Positions 7,729 to 13,826 of a stretch of 53,499 nt of DNA are shown here, in pieces (position 1 is the stretch's first letter; the number at the start of each line of letters is the position of its first letter). The stretch covers positions 1 to 53,499 of the forward strand of contig CAZHPZ010000003.1 of the NCBI GenBank assembly GCA_964534905.1, in the 5' to 3' direction. The notes below the pieces were generated by a model. The model worked only from the letters and a program-made list of their open reading frames with translations. It made no database searches and had not been told where the DNA came from. The position numbers were made by a program, and so were the translations under genes. This stretch comes from an uncultured Lachnospiraceae bacterium (GTDB taxonomy: Bacteria; Bacillota; Clostridia; Oscillospirales; CAG-272).

Positions 7729-10350
7729 TTAGCCCTCAACAACTACCTCGATTTTGAAGATAGGATTGTTGTTTACGGAGTTTCCAACATAGTATGTTCC
7801 TGCTTCAACTGTCTGGAACTCATAGTAATAAGGATCATTCTTTACGTTGTCTTTAGGATCATTTTCTTCAAGTATATTGCCTTCTGCATCGTAAAGAGTA
7901 ACAGGACGTTTACCATCTTCACCGGACTGATACCAAATCTTTACTGTTGTTTTGCCTGTTGTTGTGAAAGAAATGCACTGCTTTGTCTCACCGGGCTTTA
8001 TTTGTGTCTTACCGCCAAAGTTGAATCTCAAGGAAGTTTTGTATCCATCGGAGTATTCTTTCTTTGATCCGTCAAGCTTACTATTTGCACTCCAGTGGAT
8101 TGTAAAGAAGTCGTTTACAACCTCTGTTGTGTAATCAGCCTTTGCGCCTTTATCAAATTTTTCAAATGTTGCAGCGTCAAGGACATATGTTGTCTTTGTT
8201 GTTTCAACGGGTGTGTCGGGAGTAACAGGCTCCTGATACTCAACAACAGTAACTTCGCCTGTAGTAGCATTGAATGTTACCTTGTACTTACCTGCTGTTT
8301 CGATCTTGAAGTTGCCGGCGTCTGTGGGATTAGCAATTTCGATACCGCCGTCATTGCTTATCCAATTGCCGTTTGTGATCTTGAATTCAGTATTTGCGGG
8401 AACATCAAGATAGTCGCTCTCGAAAATTCCGTCATTGTTCTTGCTCAATGCGATACCATTTTCGTTACTCCAACTATTGAAGTTTCCTACAAGTACCCAA
8501 TTTGCATTTGTAGCATCACCTACAACAATGTTTTTAAATCCATGCTCGCCGAGGTTTACGATCTGCTGACCGCTTGTATATGCAAATGTTCCGTTAGGAC
8601 CTGTTTCGTTTTTCCAAGCGTGTCCGTTCGCAACAGATGCGTTAAGCAATATTTTGTATTCGTTGCTCTCTCCGAATTCTTTATCGGTAATTACATACCA
8701 AACATTTGTGCCCTCAAGATGTGTGAACTTCTGAGCGCCCTTTGCACACCAGTCAGCCCAGTTGCCCCAAGCAGAACCTGTGATATAGGGTACTGCATAA
8801 GAGGGGATCTCTTCGGAGTCGGACTTAAGTGTGAAGTAAAGTGTTACCTTTCCGTCCTCTGTGGGAACGTTGGGTGTTTCGGGCTTAGGATCGGGTGTAG
8901 GATCGGGAGTAGGATCAGTAGCCTCTGTAAATGTTACTGTCTTTGCCTCGAGATCAAATGTTACTGTATATGTGCCTGCTGCAAGGTAGAAGTTATCGTC
9001 GTTATTAGCTGCGTCCTTATACCATTCGTCGATTGCAAGAGATGAACCGTATACTACTGCTACTGCCATTACGCCGGGCTTGCCCTGATCTGCAATCCAT
9101 GAGAAGTTGCTGTTGCTTGTTACGTCTGTAACTGTAAGTGTTCCTACATACTTGCCATCTACAAGTGTAAGCTTAGGTGTTACGCCGTCCTTAACTGCAA
9201 AGTTAACTACGCCGTCACCGTCAAGGAATGTTCCTACAAGATAGTATCCAAGTGCTTCGTATGTGAAGCTGTTTGTTTCTGTGTCATACTTGAATGCGTA
9301 TGTACCTGCTGCAAGTTTAAGGTTATCACCGTTGTAGCCGATCCAATCGCTGTTTACTGTGTTATATACCTTAAGCTGTACTTCTTCTGCAAATGTAAAG
9401 ATACCTGTGTAGGATGTCTTTGTATCGTTTGCTGCAAGCTTCCACTCATCTGTAAGATCGTCGGGAGCCCAGTTATTGAAGCTACCGATGAGGTACATCT
9501 GATGTGTTTCGCTCATAGGTTCGATCTTTTCAACAAGCTCCCACTCAAGTGTGTTATACTGCATTGAGTCGGGGTATGTTGTGAATGTGAATGTGTATAC
9601 GCCGTCCTGTCCGTCTGCAAGCCAGATGTTCCATACGTCGTAGCTCTTGTTATACTCATCGGAGCCTGTGAATACTACGTTTCCGTCTGCGTCAAGAACC
9701 TGTGCTACCTTCTTATCAGCTGCTGTGTACTCTGTCTTATCGTAAGCGTTTATACCGTCACAGTACTCTGCGCCTACCATATAACCGATACCCATCTGTC
9801 CGTCCCAGCCGCCTGTATAGCAGATCTGGAACTTATCGCCTGCGTACATTTTGATTGTAAGCTTATATACGTTTGCGCCTTCTACTTCCTGCTTTTCCAT
9901 AAACAGTGTCTCTGTCTTATGGTTCCAGTTGGAAGCTGCCATATCACCTGCGCCTGCGCCGATGAAATAGTACTCATTTGTGTCTTCCACGTGAGCGTTA
10001 GACTTAAATGCCGCAAATATGTCTGTATCTTCCTCTATGGCCTTTGTAAAGTCAAACTCTTCTGTCAAGCTTGCCTCTGCAAACCAGCCCTGGAATTCCT
10101 TATCCGCTATCTCAGGTGTCCAAGATTCAAGTATTGTGCCTTTTTCAACCTTTTCTGTCTTGAGCTCCTTTGCTCCGTGATACCATGTTACCGTGACTGT
10201 ATTGTCATCCGGTGTAGGTTCGGGATTAGGATTCGGAATGATTCCGCCAAGAATGTCCTTGATGTTGTCTACCAATGCGCATCCTGTAAATACTGAAAGC
10301 ATCATTGCTATTACCATCGTCAAGGAGAGTATTCTTAATGTCTTTTTCAT
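7729..10350 (-). CDS. Multi-module cell-surface lipoprotein, putative alpha-glucan-binding protein, paralog A (873 aa)
   Basis: Lipobox ...SVFTGC. Listeria/Bacteroides-repeat-like segment TVTVTWYHGAKEL...FQGWF. At least five beta-sandwich-type modules begin (Y/W)xL(I/V)G.FN.W and end AGTYxxTF.....T(V/F)T.E. PT-rich linker TDPTPDPTPDPKPETP. Function is inferred from locus context only. Confidence 0.85.
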   Translation of the reverse strand: MKKTLRILSLTMVIAMMLSVFTGCALVDNIKDILGGIIPNPNPEPTPDDNTVTVTWYHGAKELKTEKVEKGTILESWTPEIADKEFQGWFAEASLTEEFDFTKAIEEDTDIFAAFKSNAHVEDTNEYYFIGAGAGDMAASNWNHKTETLFMEKQEVEGANVYKLTIKMYAGDKFQICYTGGWDGQMGIGYMVGAEYCDGINAYDKTEYTAADKKVAQVLDADGNVVFTGSDEYNKSYDVWNIWLADGQDGVYTFTFTTYPDSMQYNTLEWELVEKIEPMSETHQMYLIGSFNNWAPDDLTDEWKLAANDTKTSYTGIFTFAEEVQLKVYNTVNSDWIGYNGDNLKLAAGTYAFKYDTETNSFTYEALGYYLVGTFLDGDGVVNFAVKDGVTPKLTLVDGKYVGTLTVTDVTSNSNFSWIADQGKPGVMAVAVVYGSSLAIDEWYKDAANNDDNFYLAAGTYTVTFDLEAKTVTFTEATDPTPDPTPDPKPETPNVPTEDGKVTLYFTLKSDSEEIPSYAVPYITGSAWGNWADWCAKGAQKFTHLEGTNVWYVITDKEFGESNEYKILLNASVANGHAWKNETGPNGTFAYTSGQQIVNLGEHGFKNIVVGDATNANWVLVGNFNSWSNENGIALSKNNDGIFESDYLDVPANTEFKITNGNWISNDGGIEIANPTDAGNFKIETAGKYKVTFNATTGEVTVVEYQEPVTPDTPVETTKTTYVLDAATFEKFDKGAKADYTTEVVNDFFTIHWSANSKLDGSKKEYSDGYKTSLRFNFGGKTQIKPGETKQCISFTTTGKTTVKIWYQSGEDGKRPVTLYDAEGNILEENDPKDNVKNDPYYYEFQTVEAGTYYVGNSVNNNPIFKIEVVVEG

Positions 10351-10378
10351 TGATAAATCTCCTTCCAGATTTTCAAAT
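8777..10378 (-). repeat. Direct repeat copy A (1,602 bp), apparently identical to 11989-13590
   Basis: Offset is exactly 3,212 bp. All sequence lines I compared match, and translations are identical in several frames of the ORF track (9919..10296 = 13131..13508). It covers 28 nt of 5' UTR plus codons 1-~525 (identity ends inside codon 525; the proteins stay identical to codon 527). Confidence 0.9.
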
Positions 10379-10448
10379 TATTAATTAGTTAATAAATTCT
10401 CGGGGGAGCCAAAAGGCATGACTACCCTTATAATTTACTACATATGTA

Positions 10449-10477
10449 ATTATAATACTTTACTAACAATATGTCAA
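10449..10477 (-). promoter_or_regulatory. Consensus sigma-A promoter of lipoprotein paralog A
   Basis: Minus strand reads TTGACA (10477-10472), a 17-nt spacer, then TATAAT (10454-10449). The 5' UTR is about 95 nt. Confidence 0.7.
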
Positions 10478-10646
10478 GTTTTTTACCCTCTGACTGTTCA
10501 AATTCGATTATTTGCACATTTTCCAATGCCAAATTTTGTGCATTTTGATAGTTCCCTTTCGCACCCGCCTTTTTATATCATTTTGTTGCATAAATGAACC
10601 TCCCTCAGACTACACAAAACACAAAATTTATCAATTCTCGTCCATA

Positions 10647-10677
10647 TAAAAAACTCCCTCACCCGAGGGTGAGGGAG
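10647..10677 (-). terminator. Intrinsic terminator of lipoprotein paralog B
   Basis: CTCCCTCACCC / GGGTGAGGGAG stem (10654-10677) followed on the minus strand by TTTTTT. Confidence 0.85.
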
Positions 10678-10694
10678 AAAATTTATTTGAGTTA

Positions 10695-13562
10695 TTAACC
10701 TACAAATACGTCGATAGAATCCATTCTTACCTGTGCGCCAAGAGTAGCAATTTCAAACGAATTCTGTGCTGTTTCAAACTCAACAGTTACTGCACTACCA
10801 TTTGTTGTAACTGTGCAACCAGTAAAGCCATTCAAAGATGAAGCAAGAGCAGTTGCATATTTAGCAGAATTACAATTAAATACTATCTTAGTCATGCCTT
10901 CGCATGCAACAATCAACTGTGAACTCTGATAAAAACGTGCAGGTCCTGTATAGTCTGCTACATCGTTTGAAGACGAAGCCTTATTATTAGTAACAGTAAT
11001 TCCGTTTGCAGACCATACCTGAGAATTCGCGTCAAAACTCGTTCTATTACTTGCACTTGCAAAACTAAGCGTCTTCTGGTTATCCTCAACTACAGGATCT
11101 TCATGACCTGTAATTTCAGCCGTACCACCTGCTGCGAGCTGCTTAGAATCATTGTAAGAACCGATAACACCGGTGATAGTTACGATATCACCAACTTCAA
11201 CCTTAGTTGCAAGTCTGTAAATATAGAACTCGTTTTCACCGTCGGAAATGGTAACCGTTATATTGTTAAACTGTGTGCTCCAAGCTGTAACGATCTTAAT
11301 AACCTTACCCTTAAGAATAACCTTTGTTCCATCAGGAAGCTCTGCAGCTTCTTTAAGGGATACTTCAAAGGTGTAGTCGGGATCAAGCTCGCCACAGTCG
11401 CACTTACCGTTTGTGTAGCTGTGCTCATGAGGCTTTTCAACAACAGTAACTTCGCAAGTTGTGGGATTGAATGTTACCTTGTACTTACCTGCTGTCTCGA
11501 TCTTGAAGTTGCCGGCGTTTGCGGGATTAGTAATCTCGATACCGCCATCGCTGCTCATCCAACCACCGTTTGTAATCTTAAATTCTGTATTTGCGGAAAC
11601 TTCGATGTATTCGCTCTCGAAGATACCGTCATCATTCTTTGTCATTGCAAAAGCATTATCAAGGTTCCAGTCCTTAATACCTACAATGCTCCAAGTTGCA
11701 TTTGCAGGATCAGCAACGTTGATATTTGCAAATCCATGCTCACCGAGGTTTATAATCTGCTGACCTTCTGTAAACGTATAGTCAGCATTTCCGTCTCCGC
11801 CTATTTCAGCATGAACAACGGAGGGGTTCTTCCAACCGTGTCCGTTAGCTATATCTGCGTTAAGAAGAATCTTATATTGACCACTTGCTGTAACCTTATC
11901 TGTGATTACATACCAAACGTTTGTGCCCTCAAGATGTGTGAACTTCTGAGCACCCTTTACGCACCAGTCAGACCAGCCCCATGCACCGCCTGTGATATAG
12001 GGTACTGCATAAGAGGGGATCTCTTCGGAGTCGGACTTAAGTGTGAAGTAAAGTGTTACCTTTCCGTCCTCTGTGGGAACGTTGGGTGTTTCGGGCTTAG
12101 GATCGGGTGTAGGATCGGGAGTAGGATCAGTAGCCTCTGTAAATGTTACTGTCTTTGCCTCGAGATCAAATGTTACTGTATATGTGCCTGCTGCAAGGTA
12201 GAAGTTATCGTCGTTATTAGCTGCGTCCTTATACCATTCGTCGATTGCAAGAGATGAACCGTATACTACTGCTACTGCCATTACGCCGGGCTTGCCCTGA
12301 TCTGCAATCCATGAGAAGTTGCTGTTGCTTGTTACGTCTGTAACTGTAAGTGTTCCTACATACTTGCCATCTACAAGTGTAAGCTTAGGTGTTACGCCGT
12401 CCTTAACTGCAAAGTTAACTACGCCGTCACCGTCAAGGAATGTTCCTACAAGATAGTATCCAAGTGCTTCGTATGTGAAGCTGTTTGTTTCTGTGTCATA
12501 CTTGAATGCGTATGTACCTGCTGCAAGTTTAAGGTTATCACCGTTGTAGCCGATCCAATCGCTGTTTACTGTGTTATATACCTTAAGCTGTACTTCTTCT
12601 GCAAATGTAAAGATACCTGTGTAGGATGTCTTTGTATCGTTTGCTGCAAGCTTCCACTCATCTGTAAGATCGTCGGGAGCCCAGTTATTGAAGCTACCGA
12701 TGAGGTACATCTGATGTGTTTCGCTCATAGGTTCGATCTTTTCAACAAGCTCCCACTCAAGTGTGTTATACTGCATTGAGTCGGGGTATGTTGTGAATGT
12801 GAATGTGTATACGCCGTCCTGTCCGTCTGCAAGCCAGATGTTCCATACGTCGTAGCTCTTGTTATACTCATCGGAGCCTGTGAATACTACGTTTCCGTCT
12901 GCGTCAAGAACCTGTGCTACCTTCTTATCAGCTGCTGTGTACTCTGTCTTATCGTAAGCGTTTATACCGTCACAGTACTCTGCGCCTACCATATAACCGA
13001 TACCCATCTGTCCGTCCCAGCCGCCTGTATAGCAGATCTGGAACTTATCGCCTGCGTACATTTTGATTGTAAGCTTATATACGTTTGCGCCTTCTACTTC
13101 CTGCTTTTCCATAAACAGTGTCTCTGTCTTATGGTTCCAGTTGGAAGCTGCCATATCACCTGCGCCTGCGCCGATGAAATAGTACTCATTTGTGTCTTCC
13201 ACGTGAGCGTTAGACTTAAATGCCGCAAATATGTCTGTATCTTCCTCTATGGCCTTTGTAAAGTCAAACTCTTCTGTCAAGCTTGCCTCTGCAAACCAGC
13301 CCTGGAATTCCTTATCCGCTATCTCAGGTGTCCAAGATTCAAGTATTGTGCCTTTTTCAACCTTTTCTGTCTTGAGCTCCTTTGCTCCGTGATACCATGT
13401 TACCGTGACTGTATTGTCATCCGGTGTAGGTTCGGGATTAGGATTCGGAATGATTCCGCCAAGAATGTCCTTGATGTTGTCTACCAATGCGCATCCTGTA
13501 AATACTGAAAGCATCATTGCTATTACCATCGTCAAGGAGAGTATTCTTAATGTCTTTTTCAT
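10695..13562 (-). CDS. Multi-module cell-surface lipoprotein, putative alpha-glucan-binding protein, paralog B (955 aa), with a distinct OB-fold-like C-terminal region
   Basis: The first 527 aa are identical to paralog A. The next ~185 aa are diverged homologues. The unique 246-aa tail has a HEHSYTNGKCDCG motif, an OB-fold-like segment (KVILKGKVIKI...FYIYRL...VGDIVTITGVIGSYNDSKQL) and an unassigned terminal domain. Confidence 0.85.
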   Translation of the reverse strand: MKKTLRILSLTMVIAMMLSVFTGCALVDNIKDILGGIIPNPNPEPTPDDNTVTVTWYHGAKELKTEKVEKGTILESWTPEIADKEFQGWFAEASLTEEFDFTKAIEEDTDIFAAFKSNAHVEDTNEYYFIGAGAGDMAASNWNHKTETLFMEKQEVEGANVYKLTIKMYAGDKFQICYTGGWDGQMGIGYMVGAEYCDGINAYDKTEYTAADKKVAQVLDADGNVVFTGSDEYNKSYDVWNIWLADGQDGVYTFTFTTYPDSMQYNTLEWELVEKIEPMSETHQMYLIGSFNNWAPDDLTDEWKLAANDTKTSYTGIFTFAEEVQLKVYNTVNSDWIGYNGDNLKLAAGTYAFKYDTETNSFTYEALGYYLVGTFLDGDGVVNFAVKDGVTPKLTLVDGKYVGTLTVTDVTSNSNFSWIADQGKPGVMAVAVVYGSSLAIDEWYKDAANNDDNFYLAAGTYTVTFDLEAKTVTFTEATDPTPDPTPDPKPETPNVPTEDGKVTLYFTLKSDSEEIPSYAVPYITGGAWGWSDWCVKGAQKFTHLEGTNVWYVITDKVTASGQYKILLNADIANGHGWKNPSVVHAEIGGDGNADYTFTEGQQIINLGEHGFANINVADPANATWSIVGIKDWNLDNAFAMTKNDDGIFESEYIEVSANTEFKITNGGWMSSDGGIEITNPANAGNFKIETAGKYKVTFNPTTCEVTVVEKPHEHSYTNGKCDCGELDPDYTFEVSLKEAAELPDGTKVILKGKVIKIVTAWSTQFNNITVTISDGENEFYIYRLATKVEVGDIVTITGVIGSYNDSKQLAAGGTAEITGHEDPVVEDNQKTLSFASASNRTSFDANSQVWSANGITVTNNKASSSNDVADYTGPARFYQSSQLIVACEGMTKIVFNCNSAKYATALASSLNGFTGCTVTTNGSAVTVEFETAQNSFEIATLGAQVRMDSIDVFVG

Positions 13563-13590
13563 TGATAAATCTCCTTCCAGATTTTCAAAT
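11989..13590 (-). repeat. Direct repeat copy B (1,602 bp), apparently identical to 8777-10378
   Basis: See copy A. Identity breaks at 11988/8776 (GCACCGCC vs GCAGAACC) and at 13591/10379. Confidence 0.9.
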
Positions 13591-13661
13591 ATAGTTTTTA
13601 GTTAACAGATCTGCGAGCGGTTAAAAAGGCGTTTTTCGCCCACAGCGTCTATTACTCATTT

Positions 13662-13690
13662 ATTGTAAACCCATTTGACAAAATTGTCAA
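13662..13690 (-). promoter_or_regulatory. Sigma-A promoter of lipoprotein paralog B
   Basis: Minus strand reads TTGACA (13690-13685), a 17-nt spacer, then TACAAT (13667-13662). The -35 lies inside the palindrome TTGACAAAATTGTCAA. Confidence 0.65.
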
Positions 13691-13783
13691 GTCATTAACG
13701 ATTTATTAATAAAAGTTCGACTTTTTGCACAAAATAGATTTAGCAATTTTATCTAATTTGCAAGTTGAAAACTTCTCGGCAAT

Positions 13784-13817
13784 AAAAAGCGAGGCACGCA
13801 CCCCGAGGGTGCGTGCC
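13784..13817 (-). terminator. Intrinsic terminator of the malQ-pulA unit
   Basis: GGCACGCACCC (13793-13803) / GGGTGCGTGCC (13807-13817) stem followed on the minus strand by a T-run. Confidence 0.85.
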
Positions 13818-13826
13818 GAATATGCT

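Noticed and set aside
7666-10677. The shared GAGGGAG/CTCCCTC arms in the hairpins flanking the 873-aa gene unit (7666-7691 and 10654-10677) as possible recombination or inverton boundaries
   Set aside because: Only 7 nt are shared. Both structures are adequately explained as terminators, and no recombinase gene is nearby.
8095-12257. Long plus-strand ORFs (8095..9045, 316 aa; 11103..12257, 384 aa; also 9919..10296 and 13131..13508) antisense to the lipoprotein genes
   Set aside because: They are extremely Cys/Ile/Leu-rich with no start context, and they sit exactly opposite well-supported CDSs. They are open only because the sense strand is rich in GCA/ACA/GAT-type codons. Their duplication simply mirrors the DNA repeat.
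8777-13590. The 1.6-kb direct repeat as an IS element, a tandem segmental duplication or a diversity-generating retroelement
   Set aside because: The repeat is in-frame lipoprotein coding sequence, with no transposase and no terminal inverted repeats. Only half of the 3,212-bp period is identical, so it is not a simple tandem duplication. No reverse transcriptase ORF is present. The mismatches in the adjoining diverged part involve all base types rather than adenine-specific changes.
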